64,000 nt of DNA from Anaeramoeba ignava BMAN (taxonomy: Eukaryota; Protista; Anaeramoebae): the NCBI GenBank assembly GCA_028826165.1, contig JAPDFW010000064.1, forward strand, positions 186,001 through 250,000, in the 5' to 3' direction. Positions 11,333 through 24,385 of this stretch are shown in pieces. The first letter of the stretch is position 1. Every line of letters begins with the position of its first letter. A program made the translations under genes and the position numbers. Under the pieces are notes generated by a model. The model was given only the letters and a program-made list of their open reading frames with translations, was not told the origin of the DNA and did no database searches.

Positions 11333-11750
11333 ATTCAAAATCAAAATCAAAATTAAATTAAAATTAAAATCAAAATCAAAATCAAAATCAAAATCAAAAT
11401 CAAAATCAAAATCAAAATCAAAATCAAAATCAAATTCAAAATCTAAATTAAAATTAAAATCAATTTAAAAATCAAAATTAAAATCAAAATCAAAATCAAA
11501 TTCAAATTCAAAATCAAAATCTAAATTAAAATCAAAATCAATTTCAAATTGAAAATAAAATTCAAAATGAAAATCAAAATCAAAATCAAAATTAAAATTA
11601 AAATCAAAATTAAAATCAAAATCAAAATCAAAAATCAAAATTAAAATTAAAATCAAAATTAAAATCAAAATCAAAATCAAAATCAAAATCAAAATCAAAA
11701 TCAAAATTAAAATTAAAATCAAAATAAAAATCAAAATTCAAATTCAAAAA
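11333..11750 (+). repeat. (AAAATC/AAAATT)n microsatellite
   Basis: Directly visible. Confidence 0.9.
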
Positions 11751-11914
11751 TTAAATCTGTTTGATTAATGTTGTGAAAACAGCAATGATTTATTTCGAGA
11801 ACTTGAAAAAAAAAAAATTGAAAAAAGTAAAAAAGTAGCAAAAGAAACAAATGTTTCTCCAAAAAAAAAAACTCAAAAAAAAAAAGAAAATTGAAAAATT
11901 GTTAAATTGATGAA

Positions 11915-13901
11915 TTAATTTTCTAGTAATTGTTTGATAGCAGATGGTGTTTCTGGATCTTTTAAATGTTTTGTACTGTATTTTAATGCATTAATCAAAG
12001 CCTCTTGTTTAGGTTGAAAATTTAGTAATGAATTAAGACATGCTTTAATCATAATCGGAGATTTTTTAGCAAATGCTCCATTTTTTTCAATATGATCATA
12101 TAAAATAATGCAACCAACCATTCCTCTTAAACAAAATAAGTTTATTTTTTGGTTGTCGAACCTTTTCATTTTTAAATATAAATTTTAATTATAATTTTAA
12201 ATTATAATTATAATTTTAATTTTAATTTTAAATTATAATTATAATTTTAATTTTAATTTTAAATTATAATTATAATTTTAATTTTAATTTAAAATTATAA
12301 TTATAATTTTAATTTTAATTATAATTTTCAGGATTTTCATTTTAATTTTAAATTTAAAAAAATTTAATTTTATGATTCTAATTTTCGATTTAATAAAAAT
12401 TATTAATTACTTTCTTGAATTCAACCAAAGAATCAAAAATATTTTAAGCATTGGAGAAGGTTTGAAAAATAAACTTCAGGAACTTCATTCTATTTTAAAT
12501 TTAAAAAAAATTCAGAAAATAAATTTTTATGATTTGAAAATTTCTTTCTAAAAAAAAATTATTTAACTTTTTTCCAAATTCAAAAAGAAAAAATAAATCA
12601 AATAAAAAATTATTTAAATTTTCATTCCAAATTCAAAAAGAAAAAAAATAAATAAATAAACAAATAACTAAATAAATAAATAAATAAACAAACCTTGAAA
12701 CAACACGACGATAATAACTAAAATCATTTTGAAAAGTTGTATTATGCATCTTAATATCATCAAAATCAAGAACCAAATCAATAACATCACCAAGTTGTTT
12801 TGCAAGAGCTTGCTGACTCACAAGTCTATCTTTAGCTTCATCACCTCCTTTAACACATAATTGACCCAATAATAAAGGAACAAGTTTTTCTAATTAATTT
12901 TAATTTTAATTTTAATTTTAATTTTAGTTTTAATTTTAATTTTAAATTTTATTTTTAATTTTAATTTTAATTTTAATTTTAATTTTAATTTTAATTTTAA
13001 TTTTAATTTTAGTTTTAATTTTAATTTTAATTTTAATTTTAATTTTATTTTTAATTTTATAAATGAATTTTGATTTTAATTTTGATTTTAATTTTAGTTT
13101 TAATTTTAATTTTAAATTTTATTTTTAATTTTAATTTTAATTTTAATTTTAATTTTAATTTTTAATTTTAATTTTAATTTTAATTTTAATTTTAATTTTA
13201 ATTTTAATTTTAATTTTAATTTTAATTTTAATTTTAATTTTAATTTTAATTTGAATTTTAATTTTAATTTTAATTAATTTTAGTTTTAATTCGAATTTTA
13301 TTTTTAATTTTAATTTTAATTTTAATTTTAATTTTAATTTTAATTTTAATTTTAATTTTAATTTTAATTCTAATTTTATTTTTAATTTTAATTTTAATTT
13401 TAATTTTAATTTTAATTTTAATTTTAGTTTTAATTCGAATTTTATTTTTAAATGCAAATTCAAATTCAAATTGAAATTATTCGATTTTTTCTGAGTTTAT
13501 TTTTATGTACCAATTTGATTTGAAAATAAGAAAATTTCTCCTAATTCTTGAACTATAGGAAGAACAGCATTCCAAGCTTTTGTTTCTGTATCTACATTAG
13601 GACTAGAAATTGCTTGTCTAACTTCATTCGAACAGTTTGGAAGATTTCGAAATCGATTCAAAAAATCAGGTCCTTGTTTCAAAACATCGCTAACTTGTTC
13701 ATAAACAGTTGTTTCTTCTGTTGTTTTTGGTCGAGCATCTTTTATTTATTATTTTTTATTTATTTTTTATTATTTTTTATTATTTTTTATTATTTATTTT
13801 TTAAAATAAAAGGAGAATGTTTTGTATTTTTTACTTTCAAGATCAAGAAAAATATCAAGTGGTTCTTTTGTTGATGAAAAATATCTAAGTAATTGACCCA
13901 T
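11915..13901 (-). CDS. CYRI: CYRI/FAM49 (DUF1394) Rac-binding protein; multi-exon, middle exons garbled
   Basis: MGQLL...DIFLDLE|NARP...EVRQAISSP...KAWNAVLP...QQALAKQL...FDDIKMHNTTFQNDFSYYRR...PSPMLK...LFCLRGMVGCIILYDH...GAF...LINALKYSTKHL: hallmark FAM49 motifs, with Gly2 for myristoylation. Confidence 0.9.
12895..13450 (-). repeat. Intronic (AAAATT)n microsatellite in CYRI
   Basis: TTTTAA repeats on the plus strand, lying between exons. Confidence 0.9.
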
Positions 13902-14123
13902 TTTTTTTTAAGAAAAGAAAAAAATGAAAAATGATTTTTTTGAAAATATTTTTTTTTTTAATTTTTTTTCCCATTTAATTTGCAAACCAAAATCAATTTC
14001 AATTTCAATTTCAATTCCAAAATCTAAATCAATTTCAATTTCAAAATAATTTCAATTTCAAAATTGTTTTTTTTTGATTAAAAAAAATTTTTTTTTTCAT
14101 TTTTTCATTTTTTCATTTTTTTC

Positions 14124-17100
14124 ATGAGATTTTCTCATTTTTTAATAATTTTATTACTTATAACAATGAATTTTGCAAAATTTCCACGAGACATGAAATA
14201 TCGTGTTCCTCGTGCAAAAAAATATTTAGAATTCATTCAACCTAAAACAAGAAAATATACAATAACTTCAAATACTATAGAATCAGCTCATAATGAACCT
14301 GGAGCATTTAAATTTCCTACTAATTTATCTTGGAATCCTACTCAAATTGTTGCTTTTGGTATTCACGCTTCTTCTTTTCATTATTTTAAATCTACTTTAT
14401 CTGTTCCAAATAATTGGAATATTTCTGGACTTGATAATTTAGAAATTGTTATAAATATAACTCCAAATTTCCAAGTTGAAAATACTTGGGATGATACGTA
14501 AATGCCAATTTATATTTATATTATTTAAATATTTTGATTTATATTATTTAAATATTTATATTTATATTATTTAAATATTTATATTTACATTATTTAAATA
14601 TTTATATTTATATTATTTAAATATTTATATTTATATTATTTAAATATTTATATTTATATTATTTAAATATTTATATTTATATTATTTATATATTTATATT
14701 TATATTATTTATATTATTTAATTATTTATATTTATATTATTTAAATATTTATATTTATATTATTTAAATATTTATATTTATATTATTTAAATATTTATAT
14801 TTATATTATTTAAATATTTATATTTATATTATTTATATTTATATTTATATTATTTAAATATTTATATTTATATTATTTAAATATTTATATTTATATTATT
14901 TAAATATTTATATTTATATTATTTAAATATTTATATTTATATTATTTAAATATTTATATTTATATTATTTAAATATTTATATTTATATTATTTAAATATT
15001 TTGATTTATATTATTTAAATATTTATATTTATATTATTTAATTATTTATATTTATATTATTTAAATATTTATATTTATATTATTTAAATATTTTGATTTA
15101 TATTATTTATATATTTATATTTATATTATTTAATTATTTATATTTATATTATTTAAATATTTATATTTATATTATTTAATTATTTATATTTATATTATTT
15201 AAATATTTATATTTATATTATTTAAATATTTTTGATTTATATTATTTAAATATTTATATTTATATTATTTAATTATTTATATTTATATTATTTAAATATT
15301 TATATTTATATTATTTAAATATTTATATTTATATTATTTAAATATTTTGATTTATATTATTTAAATATTTATATTTATATTATTTAAATATTTATATTTA
15401 TATTATTTAAATATTTTGATTTATATTATTTAAATATTTATATTTATATTATTTAAATATTTTGATTTATATTATTTAAATATTTATATTTATATTATTT
15501 AATTATTTATATTTATATTATTTAAATATTTATATTTATATTATTTAATTATTTATATTTATATTATTTAAATATTTATATTTATATTATTTAAATATTT
15601 TATTTATATTATTTAAATATTTATATTTATATTATTTAAATATTTTGATTTATATTATTTATATATTTATATTTATATTATTTATATATTTATATTTATA
15701 TTATTTATATATTTATATTTATATTATTTAAATATTTATATTTATATTATTTAAATATTTATATTTATATTATTTAAATATTTTGATTTATATTATTTAA
15801 ATAAAAGATTTCCAGCTGGTCCTGAAGGTCGTGTTTGGGTTAATGAGAAATTAGTTGGTGCTTATGATAATGAACATAATAGAATCTTACTCAAAAATTT
15901 ATTTCCTTCTAAAACTCGAAAATTTGATATTGTTCTTGCTATGTTTTCAGGAAGAGTTACAGCACTTCATACAATTCCTCAATTTTCATTAAATTATATT
16001 GATTTACAAACCCAATCACTTTATAGAGATTTGAGTGTTTGTATTGATCTTATTGAAGTTTTAAAAGATGAAGACCCATCAAAACAAGTTTTACTTAATG
16101 CAATTGATGCTGTTGTTTTGAATATTGATGTAAATTGTTTTTTCTTCTTTTATGGAAATTTGATCTAGTTTAAATTGATTAGTTTGCATGCTTTTTTTTT
16201 ATGTATTTATTTGTGATAGATTACCGAAGAATTAAATCCTCTTCCTGTTATATATCCAAAAGAATATATTAGAGATCCAAGTCATGAAAAATTTTACAAT
16301 TCAATTCCAAAAGCTAGAAAAGTTTTTGAAGAAATAATCAGAACAATTTGTTTCTCAACCAAGAGAAAAATCAGATATACTTATGCAATATTTGTCTCAA
16401 AATTTAATTGATCAAACAAAACCATCTGTAGCTTGCATTGGACATTCTCATATTGGTAGATTTCTCTTTCTCTCATTTCCATTTTAAATTAATCATTTTT
16501 TTTTGTTCTTATTCATTTTCAGATCTTGCTTGGTTATGGCCTTTTTCAGTTACAAAACATAAAATTGTAAATACATTCTCAACACAATTAAGATTACTTC
16601 ATCAAAATCCAAATTATATTTTTTTACAATCTTCTGCACAAGCATATAAATGGGTTGAACAGAATGTATCAAAATTATTTATTTATTTTTTTGATAATTT
16701 TTATTAATATTCATTATAATTATAGATACCTGAACAATTTAAAGAGATTAAAAATATGATAAAACAAAACAGATGGGAAGTTGAAGGGTAAAATAAATTT
16801 AAAATTAAAAAAATTAAAAAAAAAATATTTACTTTTTAATTTAGTTCTTCTTGGGTTGAATTTGATTCAAATATTCCAAAGTAAACATTATTAAATTTAG
16901 CAAAAAAAAAATGATAATATAATAATTCAAAGTAATTTTCTTACTCTCTTTTAAAGCGGAGAAAGTTTGTCTAGACAAATTCTCTTTGGAAAACGTTATT
17001 TTCGTAAAAAATTTGGAGTTGATACAAAAACGCTTTGGCTTCCTGATTGTTTTGGTTTTTCTGCCTCTCTTCCATCTATTCTTGCTGCTGCAAATATTGA

Positions 17101-20100
17101 ATATTTTATTACAAGCAAAATTTCTTGGTCAGAATATAATAAAGTACTTTCATTCAACTTCTATTGACACTCAAAAATAAGGGAATAATTTATAATTTAT
17201 CATTTTTGATTTTAGTTTCCTTATCAAACATTTAATTGGGTTGGATTAGATGGAAAATCTTCAGTTTTATCAAAATTTATTTCAACACCTTCAAAATGGG
17301 GATTTTCAACATGTATTTTCTCCAAAAAAAAAAGCAAATTATATATTTCATTTCATTTTATTTATTATAATTAAATTGATAATTTTTTTATCCAAAAAGA
17401 TAATGCATTAATGACTATAGAAGAAATTGATAGAATTTGGAAAGAATTTAACCACAAAAATATTTTACAAGATATGCCACTACTCACTTTTGGATATGTA
17501 ATTAAGTCATCAAAATTGAGAATATAAAAACAAACCAAAACAAAACAAAATTTTTTGCTTTGCTTTGATTTGCTTTATTTTTAGGGTGATGGAGGCGGAG
17601 GACCAACACAAAAAATGTTGGATACTGCATACAGATTAAGTGGAAATTCTTTTATTAACAATTCCCAAAATCAAAATGAAATTTCACCTTTAAATTTTCT
17701 TCCTTTACCTAATTTCCCCAAAGTGAAAATGACAAAAATTTCCGATTTAATGAATTCTTTATCAAGTATTAAACAAGAATTTCCAGTTTATGATGGTGAA
17801 TTATATCTAGAATATCATCGGTATTCATAATAAAAATTAAAATTAAATTTAAATTTAAATTTAAAATTAAAATTAAAATTAAAATTAAATTAGAGGAACT
17901 TATACATCTCAAGTAAAAGAAGAAAAAACAAAAAAACAATTCATTTCCAGATTTATATTCTTTCTTTCTTTCTTTTTTATTGCATTAATTTAAATAAATA
18001 CTTATAGGCCTGGATTAAAAGATTTCATCGAAAATTTGAGATTAGTTTGCATAATCTTGAATTTCTTTGTTCGCTTTCTTCACTTTTTTCTACTTTAAAT
18101 TTAGTTGATAACCAATTTATCTATCCAAAAAAGGAAATTGATTTATTATGGGAGCAATTATTACTTTTTGAATTTCATGATGTTTTACCAGGTTGGATTT
18201 TAAACATTTATTTTTGTGAATAATTGAATATTATATTCTAAAAAAAAAAATTTATCAAAACATACTTTTTTCTTTTTTGATCGGGAAATCAGGAACAAGT
18301 GTACATGAAACATATGACGAAATTCATCAAAAAATTCCATCAATCAAAGAAAAAATTCACGATATAAAATCATCAGCTCTTCAATTTATATTTAATTTAA
18401 TTGACAGAAAAAAATTTCAAAATCCATTAGTTTTACTTAATTCTCTTTCTTGGAATAGAAGTGATCCAATATTATATAATGAAATTCATTCAGATTTAAA
18501 TTTGGATAATTTTGAAGTTCCTTCTTTTGGATGGACTGTTGTTGAAAATCCATTTGAATCAATTAATTCAAATGAATCACTTACATCAAATGATCCAAAC
18601 CCTTTTGATTTAGTTTATAAAGAAGCAGATTTCCATTTATCAATTAATAAACCTCAAAATAAATCATCTGTTTCAAAAATCAATGATACTTATTATTTAA
18701 AAAATGATTTTTGGATTCTTCAAATTAATATGAATGGAGAAATTATTTCTTTATTTGATCAGAAAAATGGTCGAAATGTTCAAGCTGATGGACAAATATT
18801 AAATAAATTTAGATTATTTCAAGATCGGTAAGTGTTTTTTTTTTAGAAAACAAAAACAAAAACAAAAAGAAACTAATTTTTTAATTATTTTAAAAAAAAA
18901 ACACAACAAAAACATAAACAAATTATATTATATTATATTATTTTATATTATATTATTTTATATTATTTAAGGCCTATTCAATGGTATAATTTGATTAAAA
19001 AATTTTTTAAAATCATTTTCATTTTAATTTCTAATTTTTAATTTTTAATTAATTTATTTTATTAGGGATGGTAAATTTATAAAAATTAATACAAATTAAA
19101 TTTATAAGAATTTATCAAAATTAAATTATATAAATTTTAGCTTGGGATATAAATCTATATTATAATGAAATGGAACTTCCAGGACCAAAATGTATATCAA
19201 TAGAGCCTATTTATGAAAATAATGCATGTGGAGTTCAAGTTTTTTGGCAATTTCCACAAGTCAAAGATCATCCTGATATATCAAAAATAACACAAAAAAT
19301 CATTTTATATTCAACAAATCCACGAATCGATTTTATTACAGACGTATCTTATTATGAACATCATAAACTTTTAAAGGTTGATTTTCCTGTTAATATAAGA
19401 TCTCAAACAGCAACATTTGAAATACAATTTGGTCATATTTCAAGAAATACTCATTGGAATACTCAATTTGATATTGCAAAATTTGAAACTATTGGTCATA
19501 AATTTGTTGATCTTTCTGAACATGGATATGGTGTTTCATTAATTAATGATTGCAAATATGGTTATAATATTCATTCCAATATTATTCAGTTAACTTTAAT
19601 TAAATCATCAACTCAACCAGGTTAATTTCTTTTCAAAATTAAATTTTAATATTAATTTTAATATTAATTTTAATTTTAAATTAGATTTAATTGCAGATAG
19701 ATTACAACATTTCTTTACATATTCTTTAATTCCACACAAAAATTCTTTTCAGGAATCAAGAATAATTCAAGCAGGTTATGAAATGAATTATCAAATACAT
19801 GTTTCTAAACAATATCCTTTATCAGGAAAAATAAATTCTTCATTTTCTTTACTTCATTGCTCTTCTCCATCTGTTATTATTGAAACAATCAAAAGAGCAG
19901 AAGATTTTGAAAACTCTTTTGTTCTTAGAGTTTATGAAAGTTATGGTGGTCATAGTTTTAATTCAACAATTTTTGTCTCAGATTTATTTCCTTTAAAACA
20001 AGTTAAAGTTATTAATTTAATTGAAGATGATATTTTATTAGAAAAAGATTTGAAATTGCTTAATTTTCAATTTGATTCTTCAAAAAATTCATTCTCTTTT

Positions 20101-20178
20101 GATATTTCTCCTTTCCAAATTTTAACTTTTCTTTTAGATTTTGAAAAATCAAACAAAATTGAAGAAAATTTAAAATAG
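14124..20178 (+). CDS. GH38 alpha-mannosidase (MAN2C1/Ams1/bacterial-type) with predicted signal peptide; about 17 exons including 36-, 19-, 12- and 5-nt exons
   Basis: Spliced motifs GHSHID|LAWLWP, WVEFD, WLPDCFG, GY|GDGGGG, GELYLEYHR|GTYTSQ, FHDVLPG|TS, DR|PIQW|DA|WDI, EIQFGH..RNTHWNT..D.AKFE, SLINDCKYG, ETIKRAED, LRVYESYG. One frameshift at about 16350. Confidence 0.93.
14510..15800 (+). repeat. Intronic 23-bp minisatellite (TATTTATATTTATATTATTTAAA)n, roughly 55 copies
   Basis: Fills intron 14498-15807; a variant unit with TTTTGA recurs. Confidence 0.92.
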
Positions 20179-20267
20179 ATTTTGTTTGACTTTTTTTTAG
20201 AAAAGAAAAAAAAGAAAAAATATTTTTTTTTGTTCCACTTTTTTTTTGTTCCGTTTTCGTTAATTAG

Positions 20268-23200
20268 CTATTTTTTTTTAGAAGAATGAATCAACTTTAT
20301 AAATAAAATAAAAAGAGCTGCAAGAATAGCAAAGATAATAAGGAAATTTTTCAGAGTTTTCGAAAACTTTTTATCTTCTTCTAAATAAATTTTAAACCTT
20401 TCATTTAAAGAATGAAGAGAATCATAATTAAGGGTATCATAATTTGAACAAACGTTGTGATGTTCTTGAAATTCTTGAGGAATTGTTTTTGGAAATTTAA
20501 ATTTACGGGAGAGAATAAGATTGTTTGTATTCAAAAAATTTCTTGATAATAAAGATAATCTTTGCTCTTGTTTCTATTTAAAAAAGAAAAACAAGAATTG
20601 AATATAAGAAATAAATACAAAATTTGTTGTTTTGTTAGAAATGATAGTTTTGAATTTTAAAAAGTACTGATAATCGTTGAGGATCAATTTTTGAAAAAGT
20701 ATAAGTAACAAATTGATTTATAGATTCTAAAAGAAAAGGATAGCATAAAAGTAGTTGTTCTGAGCATAATTCGTCATTTTCAAAACTTTCACATAATAAA
20801 TCATATATTTGTTCTCTTGGTTTTGATTTTTCTTTATCAGAAAGAAGAAGTAATGGAATAAAATATTTATGTGGAGATTTTTTTGTAAGAAATATTGATG
20901 ATTCAACTATTAAAGGAAAAGTTTTTTGAATTTCTTCGTTGATTTTTTCTCGAATATTGTTTTTGTTTTTAATTTCTTTTTTTTGATATTCAAGTGAACG
21001 AAAGTTTGCTATAAGATATTGTACCAATATTTGTGGTGAAATTGTTTCAATAAGATATGGTGTTTTCTTGTGTTTTTCGCTAAAAATTAAATATTAATTT
21101 AAATATTAAATTAAATATTAAATTAAATATTAAATTAAATATTAAATTATTTATTAAATTAAATATTAAATTATTTATTAAATTAAATATTAATTTAAAT
21201 ATTAAATTAAATATTAAATTAAATATTAAATTATTTATTAAATTTATTTATTAATTTAAATATTAATTTAAATATTAATTTAAATATTAATTTATTTATT
21301 AAATTAAATATTAAATTAAATATTAAATTAAATATTAAATTAAATATTAAATTAAATATTAAATTATTTATTAAATTAAATATTAAATTATTTATTAATT
21401 TATTTATTAAATTATTTATTAAATTATTTATTAATTTATTTATTAAATTAAATATTAAATTTAAATATTAAATTATTTATTAAATTATTTATTAAATTAA
21501 ATATTAATTTAAATATTAAATTATTTATTAATTTAAATATTAATTTATTTATTAAATTATTTATTAATTTATTTATTAATTTATTTATTAATTTATTTAT
21601 TAATTTATTTATTAATTTAAATATTAATTTAAATATTAATTTAAATATTAATTTAAATATTAATTTATTTATTAATTTATTTATTAAATTAAATATTAAA
21701 TTATTTATTAAATTATTTATTAAATTATTTATTAAATTATTTATTAATTTATTTATTAATTTATTTATTAATTTATTTATTAATTTAAATATTAAATTAT
21801 TTACGTATAAAATTCAAGTATAATTTGTAGAAATTGCCAAATCTCTAATAATACTTTTCTCTGAGTTTGAATGTTTTGTGTTAAAGGAAATAATTCTCTA
21901 CACCAAACTATATTAATAAATATAATAAAAACAACATTATTTTTTAATCTAAAAAAATATAAAATCCTAATTATATTAAAATTATATAAATTTCACTTTG
22001 TAAACAAATTTCTGGATTTTTTCTTAAAATTGAACCAAGAGTCCAGTTAATATTTTGCACAAGTTGTAGATTAATTCTATTCTCACTAGTAATGTGTTGA
22101 AAAATTTGTTGAAAATGCTGCTTCTCAAAAATTTCTGGTCTTGATGATGTTAATATTTGAAGAAAAATTCTTGTTCCAACTTCACTGTTTAAGTTCATAT
22201 ATCCTGAAATAATTCAATAATTTTAAATTTAATTTTTTAATTTTGATTTTAATTTTGATTTTAAATTTTGATTTTAATTTTGATTTTAATTTTAATTTTG
22301 AATTTTAATTTTGATTTTAATTTTGATTTTAAATTTTGATTTTGATTTTGATTTTAATTTTAATTTTGATTTTGATTTTAATTTTGATTTTAATTTTGAT
22401 TTTAATATTAATTTTGATTTTAATTTTGATTTTAATTTTGATTTTTAATTTTGATTTTGATTTTAATTTTAATTTTAATTTTGATTTTAATTTTGATTTT
22501 TAATTTTGATTTTAATTTTGATTTTGATTTTAATTTTAATTTTGATTTTAATTTTAATTTTGATTTTGATTTTGATTTTAATTTTGATTTTGATTTTGAT
22601 TTTGATTTTAATTTTGATTTTAATTTTGATTTTAATTTTGATTTTAATATTAATTTTGATTTTAATTTTAATTTTGAATTTAATTTTAATTTTGATTTTA
22701 ATTTTAATTTTAATTTTAATTTTGAATTTAATTTTGATTTTGATTTTGATTTTTGATTTTAATTTTAATTTTGATTTTAATTTTGATTTTAATTTTGATT
22801 TTGAATTTAATTTTGATTTTGATTTTGATTTTGATTTTGATTTTAATTTTGATTTTAATTTTAATTTTGATTTTAATTTTGATTTTAATTTTGATTTTGA
22901 TTTTAATTTTGATTTTAATTTTTGATTTTGATTTTAATTTTGATTTTGAATTTTGATTTTTGATTTTGATTTTAATTTTGATTTTGAATTTAATTTTAAT
23001 TTTGATTTTAATTTTAATTTTAATTTTGAAATTTATAATATTAATATTAATAATTTTAATTTTGAAATTTATATTAATATTAATATTAATTTTAATTTTA
23101 ATTTATATTTTAATTTTGATTTTGATTTTGATTTTAATTTTGATTTTGATTTTAATTTTGAATTTAATTTTGATTTTGATTTTGATTTTGATTTTGAATT

Positions 23201-24385
23201 TTGATTTTGATAAATTCTTTTGTTAAATTCCTTTGCTAAATTTTCAATAATTTGTTAAATTCCTTTGTTAAATTCTTTTCTAAATTCTTTTCTAAATTCT
23301 TTTCATATTTTGATGAAAAAATTAAAAGAAATTTAAAAACCTTGAGCATCATGTTTAACAATCGCTCTCAAAGCCATTGGAATAAAATCTTCAATATCAT
23401 GAATAGAAATTTGTTGAAAAAACGATTCCATTGCATTTTGTGATGGATAAGATAATAAACACTTTGGAATTTCTAAAGAAAAAAAGAAAAAAAAAATTTT
23501 TTTAATTGAAATTTTCTTCTTTAAAAAAACAACAAAAAAAAGAATTTTTGAATTAATTTTCTTTTCTTACCAATTTTTTCAAGATAAGAAATATTTTCTG
23601 TTTCAATTTCCCAAGAAGTTGTTTTAAAATATTCCACACAATAACTATATAATTTCGTGATTTGAGTTTTTTGATCTAAAAATTGAGTTTGGAAATTTTC
23701 AATGAGATTTCTTAAATCTTTTGAATTATCCTTTAAAAATAATAAATAATAAATAATAAATAATAAATAATAAATTTTGAATGAAAAAATTAAAAGGAAA
23801 AAATTTACAAAATTTAGTTTTTGTTTTCTTTTTTTGATTGATTTTCTTTTTTGTTTTGATTGTCTTGGTTGTTTTGACCTTTTTTGTGGTTTTATAATTT
23901 TAATTGGAGTTGAATTTTCCCATAAAGGTTCAGATTGAGTTTTGACCATTTCTTCTTTTTTAAAATTTGAAGTGACTTTTTCTCTAGAAAATTCCATTCC
24001 TTTTTGAATTTGAAATTGAACTCTCTTTTTTGTTTGGTTTTGATTTTTGTTTTGATTTTTATTTTTGATTTTGATTTTGATTTTGATTTTTATTTTTATT
24101 TTGATTTTTATTTTGATTTTGATTTTTATTTTGATTTTGATTTTTATTTTGATTGTCAACGTCATTGTCAATTTCATTGTCAATTTCATTGCCAAATTCA
24201 AGTTCAATTATATTTTGATTTTTGTTTTGATTTTGATTTTGATTTTGATTTTGATTTTGATTTAATTTTTCTTGTTCTTTTTCTTCTGATGATTTTCGTT
24301 GAAGTTTTTTTGGAGGATTTGATGTTTTTCTTCTACTGTTTTTTGATGTAATAAAAGTCCAATTAGTTGTAGATAATGATGACAT
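20268..24385 (-). CDS. TMEM214/DUF2359-like helical protein with C-terminal TM; multi-exon
   Basis: N-terminal W-x-x-x-x-x-K-basic segment, then GTRIFLQIL..RPEI, WTLG, HKYFIPLL, LCESFEND..C, and C-terminal TM FLIIFAILAALFILFI. Motif order recalled from TMEM214; family call is tentative. Confidence 0.5.
21085..21802. repeat. Intronic 11-bp AT-only satellite (TATTAAATTAAA/TATTAATTTATT-type units)
   Basis: Directly visible; essentially no G or C. Confidence 0.9.
22225..23210 (-). repeat. Intronic (AAAATC/AAAATT)n microsatellite
   Basis: TTTTGA/TTTTAA on the plus strand; source of the poly-IL and poly-FD ORFs. Confidence 0.9.

Noticed and set aside
12170-12690. Missing or broken middle exons of CYRI, considered as trans-splicing or gene scrambling
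   Set aside because: Recognisable pieces (NRM, PSPMLK) are present in the right order within noisy AT sequence, which fits poor consensus.
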